DNA from: Bdellovibrionales bacterium
GTDB taxonomy: Bacteria; Bdellovibrionota; Bdellovibrionia; Bdellovibrionales; UBA1609
Assembly: GCA_965261545.1 (NCBI GenBank)
Contig: CBDHDF010000010.1
Coordinates: 768,001 to 832,000 of the forward strand
Length of the DNA: 64,000 nt
Reading direction: 5' to 3'
The notes beneath the pieces are model-generated. The model was not told the origin of the DNA. It did not search any database and saw only the letters and a program-made list of their open reading frames with translations. Positions 42,662-54,230 of this stretch are shown in pieces. The position numbers and the translations under genes were made by a program. Positions within the stretch are counted from its first letter, which is position 1; the number at the start of each line of letters is the position of its first letter.

Positions 42662-44176
42662 ATGGGCAAACAAGGTAAGAAAAAAGGAGCAAGAATGATC
42701 AACAATATTAAGAAATACATAGAGCTTGGACTCAGTTCGAGACAAATAGCTCGAGCTATGGGTGTTAGTCGGAACACTGTGAAGAAGTATGTGAAGGATA
42801 GTCCCGGAGGCCCTAACAGCCGCTCAAAGGGGTCGCATGGGCCCTACCAAGCCCCATGGTCATCCAAGGTGAATTGGACAGATGTTCGCCTCAAGCAAAG
42901 CCTAGGGACTCAATTGGCTCATTACTGGGAGCGACATATTCAGTCCGAGATTGACGGTGTGAGTTATCTTTCTTTTTGGAGAGAGTTTCGTCGGAGGCAC
43001 CCAAGTATAAAACTTGATATGCACCAGACATTCACCCCTGGTGAACGGAGTGAGTTTGACTATAAGGGAAAAGACTCTTGTTTTGGCTATACAGATGCCA
43101 AGACTGGGGAGTTCATCCAATGTCGATTATTTGGGATGATACTTCCATCGAGTCAGTTTTTCTTTCCCTGCGCCACATTAACAGAGCAGCGGGAAGATGT
43201 TTTTTCCTCCATAGCTTCTGGTTTTGAGTTTTTTGGTGGTGTGACCGGAACCATTGCTTTTGATAACGCAAAGGTTCAAGTGACAAGAGCTGATACTTAT
43301 GATCCCGATATTAACTCTGAGTTTCACCTCTTGTGTGATCACTACAATGTGGCTCCTTTGGCGATGAGGCCATCTCATCCCAAAGACAAGAGTCTTATCG
43401 AAAATACCCTTGGAGTCTTTTGGCGCTGGTCTTGGCCCCAGATAAGAGAGCGACAAATGTATTCTCTAGCAGACATCAACGCTGAGTTGAAGCATTTGGC
43501 AGCTATTTTCAATGATCGTATTCAAAAAAAGTATGGGTTGAGTCGTCGACAGAAGTTTGAATCTTTTGAGAAGTCAAAATTGAATCCTCTTCCTGAAAGA
43601 CGCTATGAGAGTGGATTCTGGAAGCATGCCAAGGTTCATCCGGATTGTCACATTCAATATAACTACAATTTTTACTCTGTTCCTTATAAGCATCGCGGCA
43701 AGAAATTAGATATTCGTATTAGCCAACAATGCTTGGAGGTTTATTCAGAATTAGAGCGGGTGGCGATACATCACATCCCCCAGGGAAGTCGAGGGCGCTA
43801 TTTTACGACAAAATCTCATCTCCCTGAGTCCCACCGGGCCATTTTAGAGCAAACGCCACAAAATGTACTTAAAGAGGCATCAAGCCTTGGAGAAAGCATT
43901 CACAAAGTTGCTCAACGGCTTATCAAAGAGCCTCGCCATCCGCTTATGTATCTTCGCCGTGTTCAGGGGATACTCAATCTAAGAAAGCGTTATTCAACAG
44001 CTTCTTTGGAGCAGGCTTGCTCATTTTTTGTAGATGCAGCTTTAAGTGACATTAGGGTTCGTGGAGTTGAGAAAGTCATTTCAGCAAAAAGTCATCGAAA
44101 AGAGGAGCCAAGAGTCTGCCGTCAACCTAATGAAAACTTAAGAGGTTCAGGGCACTGGGAGAATACTTGGCACTGA
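42662..44176 (+). CDS. istA: IS21 transposase, element 2 (left end lost; right end at 45288)
   Basis: GAGGAGG RBS, HTH, PGERSEFDY, FDNAK and PKDKSLIE motifs. Confidence 0.9.
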   Translation: MGKQGKKKGARMINNIKKYIELGLSSRQIARAMGVSRNTVKKYVKDSPGGPNSRSKGSHGPYQAPWSSKVNWTDVRLKQSLGTQLAHYWERHIQSEIDGVSYLSFWREFRRRHPSIKLDMHQTFTPGERSEFDYKGKDSCFGYTDAKTGEFIQCRLFGMILPSSQFFFPCATLTEQREDVFSSIASGFEFFGGVTGTIAFDNAKVQVTRADTYDPDINSEFHLLCDHYNVAPLAMRPSHPKDKSLIENTLGVFWRWSWPQIRERQMYSLADINAELKHLAAIFNDRIQKKYGLSRRQKFESFEKSKLNPLPERRYESGFWKHAKVHPDCHIQYNYNFYSVPYKHRGKKLDIRISQQCLEVYSELERVAIHHIPQGSRGRYFTTKSHLPESHRAILEQTPQNVLKEASSLGESIHKVAQRLIKEPRHPLMYLRRVQGILNLRKRYSTASLEQACSFFVDAALSDIRVRGVEKVISAKSHRKEEPRVCRQPNENLRGSGHWENTWH

Positions 44177-44256
44177 TCCATAGCCCCGGTGGGTGGTTCT
44201 CAACCACCTAACGGGTCATTTGGACCTCCATAAGAGAGGTCGTATAGGAGAAGAAA

Positions 44257-44985
44257 ATGATTAAACAAACAGAAAATTTATTAGAGATATTAAAAATGAG
44301 GGGAGTTTTAGCAACCTTGAGCCAGAGGCTCAAAGAAGCTGAGGAGCAGGATCTTGGTTACGAAGATTTTCTAAATGTCATCTTTGAGGACGAGAAAATC
44401 CATCGTGACAATCAGAAGGTCTTAAGACTTATCAAAAGAGCAGCTTTGAAGCAAAAAGCAAGCCTTGAGGCCTTTGAAACCAAGCCCAGCCGAGGAGTCG
44501 ATCGAAGAGTTTTGAGTGATCTAGCCCTTATGAGATTTGCTCAAAGAGGTCAAAATATAATTATCTCTGGCCCAACAGGTGTTGGAAAGTCATATTTGGC
44601 TTGTGCCATAGGCAATCACGCCTGTCGCCAGGGTTTTTCCACTCAGTTCTTCAGAATGAATACTCTTGTTGAAAAATTCAACTTAGAAAGAGCCCAGGGG
44701 ACATATCTAAACTTCCTTAAAAGGCTAAAATCAATCTCTATACTTGTGTTGGATGACTTTGGTATCAAACCCCTTACCTCCAGCCAATATCAAGACCTTT
44801 ACGATGTGATTGATGAACGAGGCCCTGACCTGAGCCTCATTCTTACAACCCAACTTCCAATAAAAAATTGGAGTGAAGTCATTGGGGATCCCATCGTTTG
44901 TGAAGCTATTATGGATCGCATAACCTCTCAAGCTATCAAAATAGCCATGTCTGGAAGCTCATTTAGGCAGAGAAAGACGATTTAA
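44257..44985 (+). CDS. istB: IS21 helper ATPase
   Basis: GPTGVGKS, LDDFG and TTQLP motifs. Confidence 0.93.
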   Translation: MIKQTENLLEILKMRGVLATLSQRLKEAEEQDLGYEDFLNVIFEDEKIHRDNQKVLRLIKRAALKQKASLEAFETKPSRGVDRRVLSDLALMRFAQRGQNIIISGPTGVGKSYLACAIGNHACRQGFSTQFFRMNTLVEKFNLERAQGTYLNFLKRLKSISILVLDDFGIKPLTSSQYQDLYDVIDERGPDLSLILTTQLPIKNWSEVIGDPIVCEAIMDRITSQAIKIAMSGSSFRQRKTI

Positions 44986-45061
44986 GGAGAATCCATGCAA
45001 AAGCAGACCTTAGAAGACACCATCGGGAGACACTCCATCGGAACTATTGAATCATGTACCC

Positions 45062-45159
45062 GCCAGTTATCCACAAAATTTACCCACGGCAGCGCTGCGT
45101 TGATAGACATCGGGGTCACAGACGCAGCGTCACCATGGATAAATTTGTGGATAACTGGC
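45062..45159. other. Conserved hairpin with DnaA-box ends, copy 2
   Basis: ttatccaca at 45067 and tgtggataa at 45146. Confidence 0.85.
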
Positions 45160-45288
45160 TCGCTATTCTCTGCCATTTTGAGCCATGGGTTCAACATCCC
45201 CATCGAAAAACCCTCCATTGAAACCTCAAAAATGGGAAGGGCCGAGATTCTCAATGACAAAGTGGCCAATTTTAGTTGGCATCTAACA

Positions 45289-45512
45289 TTCTGGCAAATA
45301 AGCCTTAACCCACCGTTGGGACATCGTGACATTGAGGGTGTAAAAGTTACTGAGTCAGCAGAAAAAAGAAGGTTTAAATTGACAAAGTTTGAGCCACCGT
45401 GAAATTCAAAATTGGACCTCAAATTGACTGACTGAGGGGTGGGTCAAACTTCGTGAAATTCAGTGGGTCAAACTTCGTGAAATTCAGTGGGTCAAACTCG
45501 TGAAATTCAGCA
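45289..45512 (+). mobile_element. Right-end remnant of another IS21
   Basis: Degenerate istB end (LTHRWDIVTL..KSY), then 3 x 24-bp gtgggtcaaacttcgtgaaattca and a terminal CA. Confidence 0.7.
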
Positions 45513-46186
45513 CTCACTTCTGTGACGGCTTCTCGGTGGTTCCAAGGAAGACTCGCTAGAGCCTGTGGAGAAAGATTTTCTGCAAACCTTATAAAGGCTT
45601 TTAACTCTGACTTTACAAGACTGTGAAGGTCTGAAAATACCTCCCTCTTCTTCTCTAATACACAATTTTTGGCTAGAAAAAAATACTTTCGAGCGGCCTT
45701 GATGATGGCTTTGATATCTATGGTTATACCCGATGGTAAGTAGGTCTTCTGCTTTTCTTGAAGATACGAAAGAATTTTGTAACACTTCTGAGCCAACTTT
45801 TTCAAAAGACTGGCATCGGAGGGATAAGCCATATTGGCTTCCTGAACGGTCGAATCGACATCCAAATGAGAGGCGTCTGCAAACCCCAGGGATTGAGCCA
45901 AGCGAAGAATATAATCTCCTATTTCTTTGTGAGTCTCTTCCGTCAGTCGATTGCGAAATTTTTCTATTTTCGTATGATCGGGACAACACCATTTTTTGAG
46001 GATATTTAGACCACAAAAAAGCTGATAACTGGCCGTCTCTTTTATCCGTTGCTCCACCCCTCGATCCGTGAGTTTGAATAGAACCTGAAGCAGCAGCACG
46101 GCTAGATGAACTCTTAAAAAGAGCTTTCTTCCTAGCCACCAAAAACCCTTTGCAGTCGTGGTTTTAAGTCGGGCATGACCAGACAC
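45513..46186 (-). pseudogene. IS5/IS1182-like transposase fragment
   Basis: LTDR..E..YQLFCG..PDHT.I.KFR and VDSTVQEAN..YPSD motifs. Confidence 0.8.
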
Positions 46187-46361
46187 GACAGATAGCTCCA
46201 ATCGACGTGGTTGGCCAGTTGAATCAGAGGATCGGATTCTGTGACGATAATAGATACCTTGGCAGGGTGGACCTTGGTTTCGAGGCCTTCTGGGCATAAA
46301 CTCATAGCGATAATCCTTTATCATGAGGTGAAACATGGTAATAAGGTTAACAGGAGGCCCA

Positions 46362-46806
46362 ATGAAAAAGAAGCAAATCATTCAACCAAGAAGGAAAGAA
46401 CTTGAAAAGGCTATTAGTGATTTTTGTGACCAATATATAAACGATGAGTATAAAAACCTCTGTCACGGTGTAGTAGCAAGAATGTCTCGAAAAAGACAAG
46501 TCCCTTACATGACAGGAAGAGTAGAAATTTGGGCTGCGGGGATTATTCATGCCATTGGGAGAATTAACTTTCTTTATGATAGCAAGACGTCACCATATGT
46601 TTCCATGGATGAGTGAGATTGTTGAGCACTTCAACACATCAAAAAGGACAGTGGGGCCAAAAGCAAAAATCATCATGGATATGTGTAAAATGAACCATTT
46701 TGACCCAGAATTCTCTACTCGCTATCTTCAGGAGAGGAGCCCATTTAAAAATCTTATGCAAATTGAAAATTATATTTATCAAAAAGACCACCTTGAAGCT
46801 GAATGA
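46362..46806 (+). pseudogene. DUF6398-like protein, frameshifted
   Basis: FC..Y..LC..MSRKR..WAAGIIHAIGRINFL..FDPEFS; 4-bp tgag duplication at 46610-46617. Confidence 0.7.
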
Positions 46807-46814
46807 TGGATTTC

Positions 46815-46944
46815 TTAAGTCTATTTCGCGACAGCGACTAACTCATGTCGTTACCTCCTTGAGCCCAAGACTCGCTGCGAGGTGTGCTGAGGCACTTCCT
46901 CGTGTGGACTTTCACCACCGATGTATTTGCGCTTCGTGGCGCAC
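46815..46944 (-). ncRNA. 5' fragment of a second group II intron
   Basis: Starts gtgcgccacgaagcgc...ggtggtgaaagtccac; about 130 nt, lower boundary approximate. Confidence 0.7.
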
Positions 46945-47128
46945 AAGTAATATTATTCTTTTGTCCAAAGAATATAATCTAGATTTAAAACACCTTATTT
47001 TGGATAAAGGTTTTTATAGCCAAGAGAACATTAAAAGTTTACATAAACAGAATTTATCTTATATTATTCCTATGAGTTTTAGCTCCAAGCTACCTGAATT
47101 CATGGTTAAAAATATACACCAGGATTAT
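46945..47128 (+). pseudogene. IS1634-like transposase fragment
   Basis: LILDKGFYSQENIKSLH..YIIPMSF resembles 60966-62522. Confidence 0.75.
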
Positions 47129-48582
47129 TCTTCTTCAAAAATTTTGAAAAAATCTCATTTTCAAAGGGAAAATTCAATTTTTTCTTAGATTTTAATAAAA
47201 AATCTATTTTCATTTTCTCAAAAATGGTGTATAAAATATACACCATGACAAAGGGGGTGAAATGAGTTTTATAAGAAGAATAAAGAAAAAGAACGGTCAA
47301 GTTTATTTAGCTGAGGTTGAAAATAAGTGGATTGATGGTAAGTCTGTGCAAAAACACATTCGTTATCTTGGCAAAGAAGTCGACGGTGAAACAGTAATTT
47401 CTCTTTCATCAAAAGATCTTCAAGTTGATAGTGTAAAAATTTATGGCCCACTTCTTGTATTTCATAGTATTGCGAAGAAGATTAATCTTCCAGATATTCT
47501 AGGAGAATATTCTAATGAAATATTAAGTATGGTTTATGCTCATTGTATGGATTATAAGAGTGTTCACAAAATGCCATCATGGTATAAGCGTACAGATTTA
47601 AATCTTCTTTTAGGTTTAGACAAGCTAACAGAAAATCGTTTAGTCTCAGCCATGGATAATCTAAATGAATCTAAGATACATGAATATCAAAGAAATATCT
47701 TTAACAATGTAAAGAAGATATATAAATTAAATTCAAAAGGAATTGTTTACGATGTAACAAATACTTATTTTCATGGAAAAACATGTGGTTTTGGAGAGAA
47801 AGGAAAGAGTAAAGATGGCAAACGTCAAAATGACCTCATACAAATAGGTTTAGCAACAACTCAAAAAGAAGGCATCCCAGTTTTTCATAAAAGTTTCAAG
47901 GGAAATATTCATGACAGTAGAACCTTAATGTCTCTTTCAGATAGTTTTAGTGAGTACCGATTGAATTCAGGTTTATTTGTATATGACCGAGGCATCACCT
48001 CTGAAAAAAACCTAAATTCTATAGGTAAAATGGGCTGGAAAACACTTTGTGGATTAACAATGAGAGAAAAAGAAAAGAATGCCATTAGAAAATTGTTGAA
48101 GAAGGGGTCTATGGATCAATTTTCTAACATGGTTCAAATAAATGGAAATGTTATTTATGTCAAAGGAATTCCACACAAATTTGGATCGATTAAAGGAAAA
48201 TTAGCCATTTGTTATAATGAGACTAAGAGAATAGAGATTAAAGAATCTAGAAGAAACAAAATTGTGGAAGCTCAGAAATTAATAAATGAAAATAAAGAAA
48301 TTTTGATCGGTCTTGATAAATATTTAACTTCTACAGGAAGATTAAGAGAATTCGTACTTCAAAATGCTGAAGAATTTGATGGATACTCATGTATTTTTTG
48401 TACTAAAAATATACCTGATGAAGATATGGTAAGACTTTATTATGATAAAGATATTATAGAAAAAGCATTTCGTACTCTTAAGGGAGTATCAAAGTTAAGG
48501 CCTATTCGATTTAGATTAAAAAAACGTGTGGAGACTCACGTGTTTATATGCTATTTATCTTATCTTATACTATCAATTTTAA

Positions 48583-50303
48583 GGCTATATCCGAGTTTCT
48601 CGGAGCCTAAAGTCCAAATTCCCTAGGGAAATAGCTAAAAACTGGATGTACAGGTTATTCCTAAGATTTGTACATAAAAACACGGAGGACAGGGCTACCA
48701 AATCACTTGTGTGGAGAGCCGCCGTTATCCACAAGACTCACCCACAGCAGCGCTGCTTTATTGTGGCTCCGAGGGCCATAGCCGCAGCGTCGCCATGGAT
48801 GAGTCTGTGGATAACTGACTCATCTTGGCGGAGTTAGTATGGGGAGGTGAATTGGAAAAAGAAATGTTGATCGACAATAAAAACTATAATGTACAAAAAC
48901 GCTTGGGGAAACTTCCAACAATATCCAAATCCCCAGCACACAAGTAAATCATATTCTCAAAACCCTGTAGGTTCTTAAATCCTGAAGCCCGATTTTTTAT
49001 GATCTTTAGAAGGCGATTGATTCCCTCAGCCTTGGCATTTGTGACAGGATCTTTAATGAAGGAAAGAATATTTTCTTGGTGCTTCCTGAGCATCAAGGCA
49101 AACTTTTTCATAGAATCAATGCGTGATCTTAAGGCACGAGTGATCCAGGCATTCAGAAAATTCGCAGCATGACCTGGACTCACATAATCCCAGAAATGCT
49201 CAAAATTATCTTTAAGCAGCCATGCTCTGAATATTTTATTGTTAGATTTCTCCATGAGGTTAATTTTACGAGTTTGGGCCTTACTACGAGAGGATGAACT
49301 GTAGGCTATCAACCAGCGAGTTCCCTTAATAGCCTTTCTGTCCTTCTTGCAGGCATCTCTCCAAATTTCTTTTCTCACCTCATCCACAGCCCTGTTGAGG
49401 GATTGAATAATGTGAAATTTGTCCAAAACGAGAGTAGCATTCTTACAATGCTCCTTGATAGAGGAGATGTAGCCTTGAGCCATATCACAACAAGCCACTC
49501 TAATTTTGTCTCGCTGATATTGGCTGAGTTCCTTTGTAAAAAAGGAGTCTATTGTCTCCTTACCCTTACCTTTTCCAATCCAAACGACACAGCCTTTCTT
49601 CATGTCGTAAATCAAGGTAATAAACTTCCTTCCCTTAGCATAAGAAATTTCATCGACTCCAATGACCTCCAAACCACGAATTTTGTGACCATCTCGTTCC
49701 CTGTGGATGATTCGATGAATAAGATCAGATAAGGTGGATGTGGGTATCTTGACAAGCTCTGAAACGGCTTTTTGGGTCATCTGCTTGGTCAGGGTCAGAA
49801 TTGTTAGTTCCAGACGATAGGTGACTCGACTGAAGTGGTCGGCCCAAGGAATTCTCTCCATAATACGACCATGAGTGGGACACAGAACTTCCTTCGGAGA
49901 ATAATGGAAATAAATGGGGGTACCGCACACGACGATATCTCGCCACACTCTTTCTTCTAAGCATCTAAGTATCTTACAGCGGCGTCCACAATGAGGACAG
50001 CGGCAGCCATTCTTATGGGGTTTAACCCCTAAGTGAAGTTCTTGATTTCGATTTTTAAATTTAACCCAAGTCACTTTTAAGAATGATAATTTCAACATCT
50101 TTATAATAAACTTATTCAAGACCATGGCATCTCCTGTATTATTTTCCAATAAGTAAATTAAGAGATTAAACCATGGTTTTGTTATGGGTAAAGTAATGAG
50201 GGGGATAAATCATGGAAATTGAATTATTTTCTTGGTTTTTAATGCGGTAATTCTGCAACGTCGAAATTAGGCCCATTTTCTGTTGAGAAACTCGGATATA
50301 CCC
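48583..50303 (-). mobile_element. ISL3-family element (transposase 48884-~50125)
   Basis: IR ggctatatccgagtttctc / gagaaactcggatataccc; 8-bp TSD aattttaa; GVDE, DKFHI and TNAKAEGIN motifs. Confidence 0.95.
48724..48815. other. Conserved hairpin with DnaA-box ends, copy 3
   Basis: gttatccacaagactca...tgagtctgtggataac. Confidence 0.85.
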
Positions 50304-50471
50304 AATTTTAAAATTAAACTTAAAATCTAAAGGCATAGATATATCGTCAGAAAAAGCAATTGAAGATTTAGAGGATATGTACAATGTTTATTTTTGTGAT
50401 AATAAAAAGAAAAATAAATTTATTAGATCTGTGACTTTAAGTAAACATCAAGAAAGAATATTACGATCAGT

Positions 50472-53400
50472 CAATGCCGTTTCCTTAAGAAAAATCTCTT
50501 GAAATCATTAGATAAATCGACAAGAATAAGACTTGTTTTATTTTACACCCAACCCTCAACCAAGGAGTAAGTCACATGCAATCCAATATTGATCTCGAAA
50601 GCCCCCAAATGACGAGTTCGCGTCACAGATGACCATTTTATTCTACCAAAACTTGATTCTTCCTTCAAGCCAGAGCACCTTGTCGATCCAGAAAAACAAA
50701 AAAGGAATCGAAAATTTAATCCTCAAATTTTCTTTTTTACCATTATCTATCTTATTTCCGGAACAAATTACGAAGGCTACCAAATCGCTCTTAAGACGGT
50801 ATGGACTCATTTTGGTGACCTGCTTCTCATGCCAGTCAAAAGCAGTCTCAGCAAGATACGTCAAAGTATTTCTTACCTATTTTTCAAAGATATCTTTGAA
50901 TCTCTGATTACAGACTACGAACCATTGAGAAAAACGTTTCATGGTTTTTATATCTATGCCATAGATGGCGACCAATTAGCACTTCCTCGCTCTAAAGATC
51001 TTTTAAAGGAGGGTTATTGTGGGTACCCTTGCCCAAATGAGATGGAAACTCATTTCTTACGTATGTATCTATCTCATGCTTATGACGTTTTATCGGGTGT
51101 GACAAAGAATCTTTGCTATTCTCCCGCTCTCAACGAAATCGCCAATGCTATTCAAATGATAGGTAGTTTTGAGAGTAATAGCATAACTCTCTACGATAGG
51201 CTTTATTTATCTACAGAGATTATTAAGGCCCATGCTCAAGCCAGTAACTTCTTTATTGCGCGTTGTAAGCGAGGCTCTACTTTTATCCCCATTGTAAATT
51301 TATTTAATGGCCCAGGTTGGTATTCACGAATGGTTATTGAGGGGGTGGTCATTCATCTCTATTGTTAGGCGCCAATTAAAATTGGCCATTTTTAGAAGCC
51401 GTCGCCAATGAAAATGGAGCAGTGGCACTCAACAAGCCTTAATGGAATATTGCAAGAGCTCATAGGTGTTCGTGGTTTTTTTCTAATTTTAATTCCGAAT
51501 TAATGGAAATACTTTTCAAGCCTCCTTTTTTACATAGAGGGAAGTGGGCGATTTATAAATATTTGTAACTGTTCAGGGGGTAGCAGAGTTCAAGAGGTAA
51601 ATTGCTCCTTCTTACCAGAGAAAATATAAATCTCTCTCTGTAAACTCATGCCCCCCTGAATAGATACAAATATTTATAGATGGTATTTTGAGAAATGGAC
51701 GCAGATTGACATTTGATATCCACGACAAGCCATGTGTTTTAAGAGACTTAATTGTGTAACGAAAGAACTGTGGACTTTTGGGAACAACAGAATTTAAATT
51801 TCTTTCCACTTCCGCATGGACAGGATTGATTTCTTCCAATTTTTTCGCTTTGGTCATTTTTCTGCTGTGATGCAGACATATCTTCAGTTACAATTTTTTT
51901 TTGCTTTTCATCTTCCAAATCCTCATCCAAATTATCAAAAAGAATATCTCCTAGATTCTGGTGAAAGTAACGATTTTTAAATTGAGATATGAGCATCATA
52001 AAAATACATGTAAGAACCAAAAGTGTGAGTGAAGCAAAAAACAAAGAAGATGCTTGCATCTGAGTTAATGGGAGGATGAGTGCCAGTAAATAACCAAATC
52101 CAAATACCAATAAGGAAATAAGAAGAGATATAAAGGATCCCAAAGAAAGTAATATTAAAAGTCCAAAAATCATTGCTATTTTTTGCTCCTGTCGAATACA
52201 ATGAATCCGCATAGATACAAGTGAGTTATCTACAGACTTAATGATTCTCGCGTTAGTATCTTAATAGGTCAAGATTAATTGGAGGAAATTTTTATTTTTT
52301 AAACGCAGGGGGCAAATATGAGCACGGAAGCTCAAACACTTAAAACGATCAAAAAATGTTTCAAGAAAGTTATTCCTGAAAAGGACTCTCGGGCAACCAT
52401 TCCACCTCTTGAGTTTATTGTGGCTCTTGTCTTGTCATTCCAGGGAGACTCTAAGACATATTCAATAGAGGGAATTAGGAGGTTTATGATAAGTCATTTA
52501 GGATTAAGAATTGAAAGACACAGCTTCTGGGAAAGACTCTCTAGAAAAAGATTAAAAGAGCTTCTGAGTAAACTGGTTGAAATGCTCATGATAAAGCTAT
52601 CTCATGGAGCTTTTCATGGGAGCAAAGCCATATTATTACAACTGGGAGTCTCAGACGTTCTTCTTGTTGACTCAAGCACAATAAGCCTTTGGGATGGAGC
52701 ATCTGAGAATTTTCCAGGGACAAGAACAAACGCAGGAATTAAATGGCACGCTTGTTTCAGTTTATTCAGTGGTATAATGACTTGGTTCGAATTAACTCCG
52801 TCTTCCACTAACGATAGGAAGTGCTTTCCTGATATAAAGGAACTCGTTGGAAAATTAGTCATCTTTGATTTGGGATATTGGGACTATGGCTTATTGTCAT
52901 CTATTCATGAAGCTAAAGGATTTTTCTTGTCTAGAGTGAAGTCAAATGCCTCTATTCTTATTGATGCTGTTGTTGAAGGTTTGCCAGATTACTATGTTGG
53001 AAAAGAGTTCTCTGATATTAAACTCAAGAAAAAAAACGATGTTGTTGAATTTATAGGCAGTGTCTTGTCCAATGGTAAATGGGTAAGTTTGAGAATTGTA
53101 GGCTTCTGGAATTCCTCCGAAAAACGCTATCATTGGTATTGCACGAATTTAGATGTGGCAGCGGAGTCCATATATCCAATTTATCGTTTACGTTGGCAAT
53201 GTGAACTTATTTTCAAATCTTGTAAGAATTCTTTGAATGCAAATCAGATCACCTCAAACGATCAAAATATCATAGAGAGTCTTCTTCTTGCTTCATTAGC
53301 GGCTCACCTCACATCAAGTGTTGTTTTGAGGATAGGAAGAACTAAACTCAATAAGGAACAAAATGACTCCACATCGTTTCAAAGAGTTGCTAAGGTTACC

Positions 53401-53931
53401 GTCTTATTAGCCTCTGATTTTATCAAATATCTCCTAAGCTCATCTCAAAAGTATTTAAATATTTTGATAGAGAAGATCAAGATATTCTCCCATGAAATTT
53501 ATGACACAAACTACCGACGGCGAAAAACATCAATGAATATGGCTAAAAAGGTCTTGCTATGAAAGAATAAAAAACCACGAACACCTATGTGCAAGAGCTG
53601 TATTCTTATTTTTGGCTCTTCAATTATACAAAGATTCAAATGAGCATAAATGAGGATGAAGACAGTGTGAATCAGTTGGTAAAAAATGACTACAAAAAAC
53701 CTAACTTTAAACTGATTCTTGATTTCATAATGGATAGCATCCCTCTTTTTGTTGCGGGGCTCTATCAGAAATTTAGGAAGCAGATAAAGTTGCTGATGAA
53801 GATTTCAATGGAGAAGAGGAGGCACTTCAAAAGAAGCTATGAAAGGTCTATCAAAAGCGCTGGGAGTTCTTTTAAAAGAAATAGCTTAACGCAGAGGCAG
53901 AGGGGTGTGGTGGCTTAAGGAAACGGCATTG
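50472..53931 (+). mobile_element. IS4-A, disrupted copy
   Basis: Both IRs present; carries an IS21 end remnant (51363-51414), an internal deletion and the IS4/SEC-C insertion; no TSD. Confidence 0.92.
51461..53589 (+). mobile_element. IS4/SEC-C element, copy 2 (transposase 52318-53562 +, SEC-C gene 51748-52212 -)
   Basis: 2129 bp, both proteins identical to copy 1; 10-bp TSD tgcaagagct. Confidence 0.95.
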
Positions 53932-54213
53932 ATGCGTGGGGTGGTGTCCTTGGCTAAAAAATATCACTCTGATCTTATTGAAAAAGCAGCCATTCAGGCT
54001 GTGAGCAGAGGGGTCTTATCTCTTAGGGTCTTTAAAAGGCTTGTTGAGGAACTACAGCCCCCTGTGGATGAGAAAAAGATGGAATCCCACCTCACCCAAG
54101 ACCACGACATCATTCGAGCACCATCCGAGTATGCCATCTACTGGGATTTACATGCCAACAACGAAATCTACCACTCACCCTTACACCCTCAGCCTAGCAC
54201 CAACCTTACTTAA
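53932..54213 (+). pseudogene. istA: IstA C-terminal fragment (IS21 element 3)
   Basis: GVVSLAKKY..IEKAA..LTQDHDIIR..EY; upstream of istB once the IS4 is removed. Confidence 0.75.
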
Positions 54214-54230
54214 TCCACCCCCCCAACCCC

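Larger units (their letters stand above)
47262..50471 (+). pseudogene. IS1634 transposase split by ISL3 and cut by IS4-A
   Basis: YDVT, YDRG and KDIIEKAFRTLK motifs; frame resumes after 50303 (KLNLKSKGIDISSEKAIEDL..). Confidence 0.88.

Noticed and set aside
44982..45422. ORFs 44982-45422, 44995-45402, 30445-30735 and 48646-48837
   Set aside because: They run across the palindromic hairpin and IS ends; their mutual similarity reflects the non-coding element.
45439..45509. 3 x 24-bp repeat as a CRISPR array or iterons
   Set aside because: No spacers and no cas or rep gene; it ends in CA after an istB remnant, as expected for IS21 end repeats.
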